Positions 44,170 through 57,133 of a DNA stretch of 64,000 nt are shown in pieces. Source of the DNA: Eledone cirrhosa (Eukaryota); NCBI GenBank assembly GCA_964016885.1, contig OZ024742.1, positions 54,374,001 to 54,438,000 of the forward strand. Direction: 5' to 3'. Position 1 is the stretch's first letter. Each line of letters begins with the position of its first letter. The notes under the pieces are model-generated. The model saw only the letters and a list, made by a program, of their open reading frames with translations, did no database searches and was not told the DNA's origin. The position numbers and the translations under genes were made by a program.

Positions 44170-45462
44170 AAGGAATATGACGTCACTTTCAGCTTATATC
44201 TGGAGTCTAAAAGACAGCCACACCCAATATAAGTTACACTGGGAGATCCTAGCTAGGGCTAGATCGTATAACGGAAATAAAAGACCATGTGACCTCTGCG
44301 CCGCTGAGGCCCTGGAAATACTCTACGCTACAGACCACATCTTAAACAAAAAATCTGAGGCAATTTCGGCTTGTAAACATAAATTGCACAACACTTTCCT
44401 GTATTACAGCCCCACGTTATACCCTAACGGATAGCACGATCTATACGTGGATATTTTACGTCTTGATGTGGGAGCTAAGTATATGTTTTGTTTATTCCTT
44501 TACCTATTTGCATACTTATTTGCATACTTATTTGCATAGGTAAGTATACATTACCCGTATGTTTTGTGAAGGTATGTATACCTTCTCGTACGTATATTTG
44601 ACTGTTATAGCGTATCATTTTTACATATTCTGGTATTTAGGGTTTGGCTATGTGTATACGGGAGTTTTGTGTCCGCGTGAGTGTGCAGGTTCGTACGTAT
44701 GGTGGGTGTGTGTATATGTATACTTCTTGTTTTAGTTGACTTACGTCTCCGAACATTCGTGTATTTATATGTAGGTATGCGTGTGCGCTTGTTATATACG
44801 TATTTATTTACTTATATACGTTTATATAATTATTTATTTATTTATTTGTACACAAGCATACACACACACACATATTTATATGTGCGTGGTTTTGTATACC
44901 CATGGTAAGGTTTTGCGTATGCTTGTGTATGTACGTATCTGTTTGCGTGTATGTATTTATTTGTTTCTATTACTTCTGTATTGTATTTATTTACTTTGTT
45001 CTTAACTCTGTAGCGGAGATTCATTTGGTCTCCTAGTTAGAATTTTAGTCTACGATTTCTGCTATACCATTTACGTGGTTTTGTCTTTGCGTGCTATTTT
45101 TCTCCACGCTCCACATATGACTTATTATCTTCGTTTTTTCGTTCATTGCCAGAGAACGTCTCTATGCACCACCTAAGAGAACATTAGTCTACGACCTCTT
45201 TTATACCATAAACGTGGTTTTGTCTTTGCGCGTAATTGTTTTTCACCGCTCCTATTAATGACGTATTATTCGTTTTTTCCCGTTCTTTGCCAGCGAACCT
45301 TACCACGAACCAAAGTATCGTCTTCCTGTCTTCCTCCGGTTGCAACGTTTTTTGAAATATCCAGTTCTGCGTTTACAGATTGACTTTGTTAGTATCAGAA
45401 GATCCCGTTAAGGGTGAAAGCAGCGATTCTTTGCTTCAACTTTAATCTGTTATTTTAATAAA
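44170..45462 (+). mobile_element. Inverted duplicate of the PLE 3' end (1.3 kb arm)
   Basis: Nearly identical reverse complement of 42052-43358. Confidence 0.95.
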
Positions 45463-45526
45463 TATATATATAATATATATATATATATAATATATATATA
45501 ATATATATATATATATAATATATATT

Positions 45527-45761
45527 CATTAAAATAACAGATTAAAGTTTAAGCAAAGAATCGCTGCTTTCACCCTTAACGGGATCTTCTGAAACTAACA
45601 AAGTCAATCTGTAAACGCAGAACTGGATATTTAAAAAAACGTTGCAACCGGAGGAAGACAGGAAGACGATACTTTGGTTCGTGGAAACGTTCGCTGGCAA
45701 AGAACGGGAAAAAACGAATAATACGTCATTAATAGGAGCGGTGAAAAACAATTACGCGCAA
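45527..45761 (-). mobile_element. Extra terminal pLTR fragment of the same PLE
   Basis: Matches about 42052-42290. Confidence 0.9.
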
Positions 45762-45850
45762 ATTATTACTACATATAATATATATATATATATATATAAT
45801 ATATATATAATATATATATATATAAAATATATATATATATAATATATATA

Positions 45851-45893
<43 letters not shown>

Positions 45894-46079
45894 CCCACAT
45901 ACATATATACATATATATCCATACATACATTTATATGTAAGTGTGCAAGGATGTTGATATGATCTATGTCTTCTTTTTTGGGTAAGGAGAAAAGTTTTGT
46001 CGCCAGATTTTATTACCTAGGGAGAGAAATACCACACTTCTGGATGAAAGCTGACCAGGATCTCAACTACATCAAACAC

Positions 46080-46265
46080 TAATTGTTTCTACTTTAGGCA
46101 CAAGGCCAGCAATTACCCAGTGCATTACTGGTACTTTATTTTATCGACCCCGTAAGGATGAAAGGCAAAGTCAACCTCAGCGGGATTTGAACTCAGATCG
46201 TAAAGGGACGTAACTATGCTGGAAAGCATGGCGTCCGACCCTCTACCGATACTGCCAATGCCGAC
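46080..46265 (-). mobile_element. tRNA-derived SINE, same family as 8395-8561
   Basis: Minus strand TGGCAGTATCGG..GAGTTCAAATCC..CTTTGCCTTTCATCC..AGTAGAAACAATTA. Confidence 0.8.
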
Positions 46266-46746
46266 CTGTGTGTGTATATGTGTGTGTGTATGTATGTATG
46301 TGTATATGTGTGTGTGTGTATGTACACCACGATTGCTTCTCTTGTCATTTCTGTTGAAGGAGACCTTACTTTCATTCTCTTTGATTTCTTTTGATTTTCT
46401 TTTATCTCCCTAGGGAATTCGTTGACAAGCTTCTTTTATTTATTTTCTTCGTTTTCTTCATTCAAATCACTGACTGTCTAAGAGACGTACACATATGACT
46501 TATCAAACTTACCAAACTAAAGGGGCTTCTAGCGCCCTTAAAGTTTCAACGCCCCTTACTGCATAACAATGCCCCCTAACGCCACCTCACAGCATAACTC
46601 TCCCTTGCAGCAACGAAACGCCCCCCCGTTGAGAACCTTTAATCTAGACAAACATCGAAATGCGGGCTGTAAGACCCAATATAATTATTTTACAAAAACG
46701 TCATAAGAAGGTACAAAATGGTTTAGCTGACACAAATGTAACCAGA

Positions 46747-46962
46747 AAAGAGGAGGAAATAATAAAAAAAGTATCGGGAGTTTGTTAGGAAAATGAGAAG
46801 ACTATGGGAGGTCTCTCCAAAAGTAACAACCACTTTTATTAATACCTGTTACTACTTGACTAGAGGTATTCCTGAATGACGCCAGAGTAACAATAAATGT
46901 AGCGTTGTTCCAAAACATTGCTTTTCTGAGTATAGTAAGGATCATTAGAACGGTCTCTGAGT
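46747..46962 (+). mobile_element. Old 3' remnant of a restriction-like-endonuclease non-LTR element (R4/Dong-like)
   Basis: KEEEIIKKYREFVRKMRRLWEV ... FQNIAFLSIVRIIRTV resembles the RLE C-terminus. Confidence 0.5.
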
Positions 46963-47668
46963 TATTATAAAACTAGATTTGACCTAACCTTAAGGACAAA
47001 CACGCCAAATGTATTTGTGCGAAACAATACTAAAATCTGTTTCAGGGGTATGTTTAATGCTTACCTTTTTGATTATGAGACGTACTTACTTCAACTTGCT
47101 AACAACGTAGGTGCAATTTATCTGACGTTTTCCATTGTCAGGTAAATAATATAAAGTGACATATGTAAATATCACGATGCACTAACCACGAGTGATTCAG
47201 ATGAGAAATGTCTGCAAAGAAATAACTATTAGTAATTTATGAAAATGTTGGATAACTCATCTGTCTCCTTAATGTCATAGTCCAAATATCATAAAATAAA
47301 ACACAATAATATAGATAGAATATACGTAAAATACTTATATTCAAAATAGTATTTTTTTATGTCTGAGATGGTGAAAAGAAGTAAAACACTACCTATGTAG
47401 ATATTCAGTCTTCAGCTGATAGAAACAATATTGATTGACTTGTTTTCACTGATAAGTTTCTGTGATTTAACTCATAATTCTCTTTCACTTTTACAGACAT
47501 CATGTTATTTCACTTCAACTACACGTCTGTACAATGACTCATACATTCACTCATAACAAACTTTATGGATTCAAATACACCTATACTCTTGCAGCATTCA
47601 GATTCACGTATACAGCATACGCACGAATACACACACAGACACAGACACAGCAACACACAAACACACAA

Positions 47669-47866
<198 letters not shown>

Positions 47867-48109
47867 AGATAATGAAGGTTTCGCTTTATCTTGGTAAAAT
47901 TGTATATGTGGAATGATTATGTAAATAATAGCGAAAGTACAGCTTAAGAGATATTTTTTTCTCAGTATGGTTAATGGTGTAATGTGATATCATCTTCCAG
48001 ATGTTACACCTGTATGGTATGCAGTTTCGAGAATTTACGCACTAATTTAATATAATGTATTCTATTAGGAAAAACACGGGAGAGAAGAGAACAATTTGAA
48101 CCAAGATAT

Positions 48110-49960
48110 CCAACTTTCTATTTAATACAACATCCCTATTAGACTCATATTCCCCTCTAAATCGGATATAGGTTGTATTAATAAAATTATACTAAGTATT
48201 AATTGTTTCTACTTTTGGCACAAGGCCAGCAATTACCCAGTGCATTACTGGTACTAAGTATTAATGCAGATAAGAAATACGTTATCAATTATACTTTGGG
48301 GCAATACTGACGACGTTATCGACTGGTTTACTAAGTTAATGCAGTTTGATATTTACGACTATTATTCATCTATTTCACTTGTTCTTCTCAACAAGACCCT
48401 TGTGTTTGCTCTGCGTAAATCCGACTTAACTAAGGATGAGGCTGACACAATTGTAGCTGCTATACGTTCAGTTATAATGTTTGATATCGAATGCTGAACA
48501 CTTAGGGATAGGGTTAATAATTTTGATATAACCATGGGTTCTGGTGACTTGGCCCAAGTTATGGATTTAGTTGGAATTTACCTAACACATAAAATCCGTA
48601 TTGAATTCGCTGACCTTCAAGCTGGAATATGTAGAGAGGACGGTCTTTTATTATTTAAGAATTCCAATGGTCAACAGTTAGAACGGACAAGAAAAGATAT
48701 ACGATCTTTCTTTATGTTATGGGCCTAAAAATAACATTCGAAGATAATTATAAGCTAGCTAATTTGCTAGATATTGCTCTTGACCTCAACTCTAGTTTCT
48801 TGGAACCTTACCATAAAAATAATAAAAATCTAACATATATTAACCGATATTCTATTCACCCTAAGTCAACAATCAACTCTATAATCAAACGTGTATATCG
48901 TAGAATTTCTAGATTATCAACCTCCTTATATAAATTTAGTATACACGCAGGCTTCTACAATGCAACACTGCGGAAAGCTGGTTATGAGCATATGATAGAA
49001 TATATTCTTATACAACAGTAGAGCTTGGATGTCTCCACCAATCTACGAAACCCTCCGTAACTAGGAAGAGACCACGCACATATCGTCGTAAGCCGGGTCG
49101 AAATAAAAACCCCAGGAACATAAATTCAAGAGTTATACCGGATGAAATAACTGCTATTTCTCGAATAGACTCTCTAGCTGGAAATACACCCAGAAAATCC
49201 CGCAATAGATCATACCTATGGTATAATACTCTCCATAATATCTTATTTAAGACTAAATTAACGTCTACTTTCTTTAAATTATTAGATATAAACATTCCGC
49301 CATCACACAGGTACCATAAAATCTTAAGAGGAATAAAAATATAAGACTTTTATATTCTACTGCGGCTATCTTGGATAACTTCATAGTGGGATTAAACAAT
49401 AAACGCCTCCGCAACAACAATAATAATACGGAAACTTTAACTCGAGGCACTATTCTGTCTTTCTCTCAGTCTACTACACTCTACCAAACAAATAATATTA
49501 AAGATGTCGGCTTGAATAACAAACGTGCATATATCTCACATCCCGATAGAACATCTACCATTAGCCTAAATATCAGGACGAAAAAAAACCTTAACTGACC
49601 TACACTTGTAAAATGTAACTGTAGGCAACCCAATAGATGTAGCAGTGCAACATTACAACAAGCCTATGGACATACAAATATGTTGGGGACATATCTAACA
49701 TTTTAAAGAAAATCTGCTATGTACACACCTACTCGTTTAAAACTCCTTAGATTCGCAAATCTACCAAGTTGACTAAAGAAATATAGGTCTTATAGCAGGA
49801 CAAAGATGAGTAAAAGATGTCGAGGACTTTTCTACGCTTCGCATCCACCTATCTCTGTACAACAGAGGTGTTGGAAATCATGACCGGGAAAATTTACTAA
49901 ACTCTAGAGAGGATAAAATATTCAATTGTAAACATAAATGCCTAAAAACATTCTATATTG
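48110..49960 (+). mobile_element. Heavily degraded PLE of the same type as 4430-7220
   Basis: IRLIFPSKSDIG, FDIYDYYSSIS, FDITMGSGDLAQVMDLVG, NLLDIALDL..PYHK, KCNCRQPNRC. Confidence 0.8.
48203..48255 (-). mobile_element. About 50-bp SINE 3' tail inserted in the PLE with TSD
   Basis: Matches 46082-46135; TACTAAGTATTAAT at 48190-48203 and 48252-48265. Confidence 0.75.
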
Positions 49961-50470
49961 AGTCCACGCTAACCCATGATTTGATTTACAACTCCACATC
50001 CAATTTCCTATGAACTACATCACTTTAGATTGGCTGATTTTTGTGACAATGAAGAATGGCTCCAAATCTAGTATTTTAATATCTTATTTATAATGTTCAC
50101 CTCTTGTCTAGTGTATTATCTTATCCCATAAATCAAACTGCTAACTGCAAATGGATTTTACGTTCAGTTCCTTTTCATGAAAACACACATTCCCAGTTCC
50201 TAAAATGGACCTCTTTGAATTATAATATAAATTCATCCGAGCCAATGACATATCTTACTCCGCCAGTACCATAAATACTCGAAGCTAATTGGCTACTGTC
50301 ACTTCCTCCTCCTTCCCACTATTTAAAGCATTAGTGTGCACTGTTTTCATTCGGGTTGGTGTCCCAAAGCTACTAGGCTTAATTAAATCATCGAGTGAAT
50401 CGGAAGGTGATCGAAAATATTCGGCCATATCCGATGGCTTCGTTTCAGTATTATATAGCAAACCCTACTA

Positions 50471-52496
50471 GTGACGTTCGATGTAGTCAACCTATACTCC
50501 AACATCCCCCACAACCTAGGAATAGAAGCTATCCAATTCTGGCTGGATAATTACCACAATGAACTCCCACAACGCATCAAAAAAGATTTCGTGATAGAGG
50601 GACTAAAATTTATCTTGGAGAACAATTACTTCGTTTTCAATAACAAACCCTACAGGCAGAAATCTGGGACTGCTATGGGAACGAAAACAGCCCCCACTTA
50701 TGCCAACCTAGTCATGGGATACCTGGAAATCACCCTCTACACTAAAGTACTAAACAAATTTGAAACACTCTCCATTTACACATAGAAAGGAACTGGAAGC
50801 GATATCTAGATGACTGCTTCATCCTTTGGCACGAAAACATCGAGAAACTTAAAGAATTTCACACCCTTATAAATGGGCTCAACACGAATATTAACTTCAC
50901 GATGGAATACAGCCATCAACAACTGCCCTTCCTCAACATCCTCATTAAGATCCATAACAACAAAATAGAAACAGACATATACTACAAGCCCACACACTCC
51001 AAGCAATATCTTCCTTTCAACTCTTGCCACCCTAGACACGTTAAAATTAATATTCCCTACAACTTAGCCAAGAGAATCTGTACTATAGTCTCCAATAAAA
51101 ACACCTGCTACTTACGGCTACAAGAACTAAAGGACACACCCATAGGCAGGGACTACCCTTCATCACTAATTGACAATGGAATCCCACGTGCCCTAAAACT
51201 CAGTACCCAGGACCTTAGACACACTAAAGTAAATCAACCGAAACTAAAAGCTCTTCCATACATCTCCACACACAACCCCCTCAACAATGAGGCCTTTGAC
51301 ACCATCCCCCAGAACATCCCTGTGTTGAAAAAGGACCATAGAATGAACCAAATCCTACGAACACATGATATCATAAAGAGCAAAAGACAATCTAAGTCAA
51401 TGAAAAACATCCTAACACATGCCAAAGTACTGCCAACGCAACAACGAAACGCACAGTAAAAAAAATGCGATAGACCCAACTGTGGCATATGCATCAACCT
51501 AATAGAGGGTTCGGAATTATATTTCAAAGAAGGACAACGTTTTATAGTAAAACACAATTTCACATGCGCATCAGAAAATCTAATATATATATTAACTTGC
51601 TCAGATTGTCGAGAACAATACATAGGCCAGACGAAAAACAGCCTCCGCCAACGCATGACTGTCCATATATCCCAAATTAAAATACGGGAATACAGGAAAA
51701 TACCACTGAGTGAACACATTGATACCTGGGCCGCCCCAAATCATCCCAACTTCAGAATCTTTCCCCGCTACAAATTTAAAGATAATGCCACCCACACCCA
51801 GCGCATCAGCAAGGAATCTCACTTTATTAACAAATACGGACCCCGTCTAAACACTCCTCCCTAAGACGAACTCACAACATACACACGTCAACATACATAC
51901 CTACATCAGCATACATCTCTATCCACATATAAACACAATGACATACGTAAACACACATGTTCTATGGTGCAACACAAATATATACAAATCTGCATACCTT
52001 TTGATGTCTATAGATATAAACGTGCCGACACACACACATACATATACGCACACATGCATTGCACACTGATGGGCACATACATATTTGTACACAAGTATTC
52101 CAATACGGCAAGGCCTAATGGATTTCCCTTGCACTACGTACAATCTGGACACTCACACACACCTTGGTATTATGCCAATACTATATATCATTTCACACCT
52201 TTTATTATTAAGGTTTTTGATGTTCTATTGAGAGAATCGTTTTTATTGAAAATATCGAATAATGTACACCATTTTTACCAGTATCACAAAAATACTGGTC
52301 CACCCACACACACACACACATTCTCATACACACACACATATATATATACACACAGACATATATATATACACACACACACTTCTCCGTATAAGACAAGAGC
52401 TGAAAAATATCTTTTAACATGTTAAAATATCCCCCACACACGTATAGACACATTCCTACTGACCATCCCTCTACCACGAATCACTCTGCTACACAC

Positions 52497-52532
<36 letters not shown>

Positions 52533-52631
52533 ACACACTTGTCTCAATAGGCATTTGAACTGTCAAGAGGCTGCGGTTCGCACACACATCCCTGCTGACC
52601 ATTATCACAACAACGAACCTCTTTACTACTA

Positions 52632-52697
<66 letters not shown>

Positions 52698-53075
52698 ACA
52701 CATATTTGTCTTGAAAGACTTATTTTTCAGTGACTTCTCAATCAGCCGACATAAACCTACATTTGGCGCAAAATCAATTTTTAACATTCACATGACCTCT
52801 ACCGACCAATTTGTTTTGACCACAAGAATTTTTTATACATCTGGAGACACATTTTTTTATATAAAACAGGTAGAATTTCCAAAACTAATCAGATTAGAGC
52901 AAACATCACGGGCGCTCTATCTCAAAAGTATTTTTGAAAAGCATTAGAAATGCGCAACCGGTAAAACTTAAAACCAAAACTGAATACTAACCAATACTAT
53001 TACTAATTTTTACTTATTCCTAATTAAACTATTTTTCACTGGGAACAATTTTGTCAGCATTTTCTTTTCTTTTTA

Positions 53076-53080
<5 letters not shown>
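50471..53080 (+). mobile_element. 5'-truncated PLE related to 1329-4107 (Neptune-type)
   Basis: TFDVVNLYSNIPH, QKSGTAMGTKTAPTYANLVM, WKRYLDDCF, YYKPTHSKQYL, CDRPNCGIC, IYILTCSDCREQYIGQT. Confidence 0.9.
52926..52969 (+). ncRNA. Minimal HHR-like motif, U3-A8 core, one core mutation
   Basis: TTT-TTGAAAA-GCATT/aga/AATGC-GCAA-CCGG-TA-AAA; same position as 3939 in the related element. Confidence 0.5.
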
Positions 53081-53120
<40 letters not shown>

Positions 53121-53191
53121 CGCAAATTTATACGGGAACAAAACAGAGAGGCAGACAAATAAAGGTTTATTAGGTTCACGCTTTGGGGTAG

Positions 53192-53483
53192 GCCGTATGG
53201 GCACTCGATGCTCTCATAGAGCAGTGTATGATATCACAGAAAAAAGAGAATCAGTGTTGCGACGAATGGAATTCATTGGACATATTACAATCGTTTCTCT
53301 GGCGACCAGCTCGGGATACGATCGATGTGATGATCGAACCTGACTCTGAAAATCGCAAGGTCCTCAGATACGTCTTGATTTCACGAAGCAGATGTCCAAT
53401 AAATTCCATTCGTCGCAACACAGATTATCTTTTTTCTGTGATATCATACACTGCTCTATGAGAGCATCGAGTGCCCATACGGC
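53192..53483. repeat. Inverted repeat, about 90-bp arms, in a unit bounded by TA tracts
   Basis: 53192-53283 is the reverse complement of 53392-53483. Confidence 0.85.
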
Positions 53484-53513
53484 ATGCCGCATACGGACAC
53501 TTTAAGCATCCAA

Positions 53514-53590
<77 letters not shown>

Positions 53591-54127
53591 CATAAGTGCG
53601 TGTGTTTGCGTATCTCGGGTTCAACAGGGTGTAACCACAGTAAGTAAGGTACTCAATACATAGTAGAGTATGTACAATATTTAATATATATATATATATA
53701 TATATATAAAGTGATGAAGTTTGCTTGAAGATACTAATGCAACTAGGGAATAAGTTTGCTTATTTGGATGCCCAGCAGTGCGCTTGAGATATAAGTGCGA
53801 AGGTAGTAAGAATTTGAGAAAATAGATAGAGAACACCCCCAACCCCTAATCAGACATAGCCACCCTTGACATTGCTCAGGTTTTTCACTGAGGTCCCCCT
53901 ACGGAGTCTCCATGGTAATGGATGGTAAATCCAAAAATATTTGTGACCATTAAAATTACTAAGGTAACTTTCTATCGTTCTCACTCTTTTATCTCAGTTC
54001 CGTTTTTTTATGCATCTATTTTCTCAAATACTTATTACCTTGGTACTTATATCTCACTCGCTTTGTCGGGCTTCCAAATAATTCCATCTTCAGATTTCTC
54101 ATCACAGCTTCTAAATATCCAACATTT

Positions 54128-54236
54128 ATGTCTGAGACGTTAAGACCTCTTCATGCTATTTTAAACGTTAATCTATTATATTCCTTCCATAAACTGTACC
54201 GATTGTGTTGTTATTTCTGTTTACGTTTTACATACA
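54128..54236 (+). mobile_element. 3' terminal fragment of the 60822-64000 PLE family
   Basis: Matches the reverse complement of 60822-60938. Confidence 0.7.
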
Positions 54237-54949
54237 TATATATGAGATCATTGATAGTATAGTAACATATTTTTCATTTGATAGGTATGTCTTTTCTGGT
54301 AGTTAGTTGTTATTGATTTCATGAACAACCTCTCGAAAACGGTACATTGTAAAACACTTCTCCGTTAAAGATGCCGTTTGTATGTGCGAGTATATTATTC
54401 AGGCACCAGTGTATGTTAGTTAATATATAGTAAATGAGTCATATATTCAAACGTTACTAAACTAAACCTGACCAAAATATATGAGTCTATTGATGCAGTT
54501 CAGCAGATTAAATGTTTCACCTCATAACTACACTCCATAAAAATGGAAGTTCCGAGAATTTTGGCTGGCTGATAATACATAGAAACATTGAAGACAAACA
54601 ACTGTGGGAATGAAAGATCAAAGCTTTGACCTATTTTACCATTCTAAGTTGACTGAATTCATTCATGCATGGTAGAGATTTTCATAGCAATTTCGTTCAT
54701 GCATCAATGAACTCATTCAAGCATAGTCGAGATTTTCAGAGCTTTTTCATAATAGTATTATAATATCCGTATATATGTAAGTATATGTAAAGCAGTTTTA
54801 CAATTCAATATACAGTGGATATCATTAAAAATTGAAAAAGGCTACTTTGGAGCGGAAAAACCACTTTTCCCTATTTTTTTTTTTTCCAAAACCGTATCTT
54901 TCCTTTTTCATCTCATCCTTCTCTCCTCCACTCTCGGTCTCCCTCTCCT

Positions 54950-55033
<84 letters not shown>

Positions 55034-55907
55034 CGCTCTCCTCCTTTACTCTCGTTCTCTCTCTCTCTCACTGTAGTCCCCTCTCTCTTACTGCTTCACT
55101 CACGTTCACATCGATAATTTGTTAGTTCATATATTTCGTGGTAGTTATTGCCATGTATATATCTATAGTAGTTAATAACTATCATTTTGATACTTATGTG
55201 TTATATAAAGTCCACACTAAGCCCAGCAGACTAATTATGTTAATAACAAACTCAATAGGTTAACTGCATTATAATTTCATCAAGTAATGTTTATACATAG
55301 ACGTGATCTATATGAGAGAAAACCGAATGGAAACAAACAATTTTTAAAATAGCGGACAACCGGCTAACAAATATATAAACAACATAAAACGTGAAGTCTA
55401 TATGGTTGGACTGTATCTTTATTATCATGACTTTAAATTTACTTTATCTTTCGGAGACTCATATATGATAAAAAAATGTAAGGTAAATATGATACGGAAG
55501 TCCATAACCCGATGGGTTTCAGGATAATGTCGTATATTTTATATATAATATTTTTGCTTTCGAATGTCTTCGTTTTGAACAAAACTACAAACAATTCTGC
55601 AAATAAATAAAAAAAAGAATAATAATTTTGCTCCCACAACTCTAAACATGATATAAAATATAAAAGTTAAATTATAATGGTTAAAAAGGGCAAATATATT
55701 TGTTCCGGCCAATTACAATCCAGATGTTTTAAGAAATTTCAGTACTTGTACCCTTCTTTATTTGTTAATCAGTGAAAAAAATTGAGAAAATTGTACTGCT
55801 TTTGCTATCAGAGTATATAAAGTCAGTGTCTCAAATAGAAAATATGTATATTATCTTAGCTATTGTATATATAAAATCAACATTGGTACAGAAACACGGA
55901 CCTAGTC

Positions 55908-55981
<74 letters not shown>

Positions 55982-56082
55982 ATAATAATAAATTTGAAGA
56001 CTAAAATCCAAAGAGGGCTCGATAAGGATAAATATATATAAAATATATAAGAACCGTAGAGCAAATATATATATATATATAT

Positions 56083-56249
56083 ATAGGAACAAGTAAGACC
56101 CCGACGGCTGGTAAGACCCCTGAGCTGGTCGAAACGGCTTGAGCTCAGCCGTCGGGGTCTTACTTGTTCCTATTACCCACTCTACTACCCTAAGTATTGA
56201 GTACTTTGGTGCGTTATGGTCCACCTGGTTCCTTACCACATTTCCTTCG

Positions 56250-56250
<1 letters not shown>
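56083..56250. repeat. Mini-palindrome from the HHR-bearing end of the 57026 element
   Basis: ATAGGAACAAGTAAGACCCCGACGGCTG ... CAGCCGTCGGGGTCTTACTTGTTCCTAT (56083-56173). Confidence 0.8.
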
Positions 56251-56294
<44 letters not shown>

Positions 56295-56295
56295 T

Positions 56296-56523
56296 ATTTA
56301 TTAAAATAACAGATTAAAGTTTAAGCAAAGAATCGCTGCTTTCACCCTTAACGGGATCTTGTGAAACTCCCGTTAAGGGTGAAAGCAGCGATACATTGCT
56401 TAAACTTTAATCTGTTATTTTAATAAATATTTGCTCTACGGTTCTTATATACTGTATTTGATATATATTTATCCTTATCGAGCCCACCTTGGATTTTAGT
56501 CTTCAAATTTATTATTATTACTA
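56296..56523. repeat. Mini-palindrome from the terminus of the 42-45 kb PLE family
   Basis: About 60-bp inverted arms 56296-56357 and 56368-56430, then the terminal module also seen at 30964, 41961 and 55977. Confidence 0.85.
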
Positions 56524-56766
56524 TATATACATATATATATATATATATAATATAAAAACAAATAAATTTTCGAGAATCGGAACCTCGGCCCACGAAATAA
56601 CGAAACACAATCTTCGAAATGTGTGGCAAAGTGGTCAATAGTTTGGATAAACCAGAGCTATAACTAACGTTTAATACCAACACACTGAGACGATGCTTAA
56701 ACAATCATTCGCACAGCCGAAAATACGACCAAGAAAATTCGGGCCAGACAAATAAAAATATATATG

Positions 56767-56821
<55 letters not shown>

Positions 56822-56824
<3 letters not shown>

Positions 56825-56986
56825 TGGCGGACTGGGTCTAAAAATATTGGTTGCCAGGAGATGAAGGGGACCCACCTAGATATAGAATGTTATCATTTAA
56901 TTTTTATAGGTAATAAATAATATTTTCAAAAATACATAAATGGAAACAAAACAGTGCAATATCAAATTTGTCTTAGTTTACTCACT

Positions 56987-56988
<2 letters not shown>
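56822..56988. mobile_element. Probable hAT DNA-transposon end
   Basis: Starts CAGTGGCGGA straight after a TA tract; partner TIR not seen. Confidence 0.35.
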
Positions 56989-57029
<41 letters not shown>

Positions 57030-57039
57030 AACCAGTAAG

Positions 57040-57133
57040 ACCCCGACGGCTGAGCTCAAGCCGTTTCGACGGCTAATTCTGGACTAAATGAAAATGTATC
57101 CTGGTATTGAAATAGCCGAGCTTCTCAAGGGGT
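57040..57133 (-). ncRNA. Type I hammerhead ribozyme, U3-A8 core variant with GUC site
   Basis: ACCCC-TTGAGAA-GctCGGCTA..TAGCCGtC-GAAA-CGGCT/tgagctc/AGCCG-TC-GGGGT. Confidence 0.7.

Noticed and set aside
46520-46640. hAT-like end (CCCCGTTGAGAACC)
   Set aside because: Too short and degenerate, with no partner end or TSD
50240-50470. Short open frame on the minus strand abutting the PLE 5' junction
   Set aside because: No recognisable motif; cannot be assigned without a search
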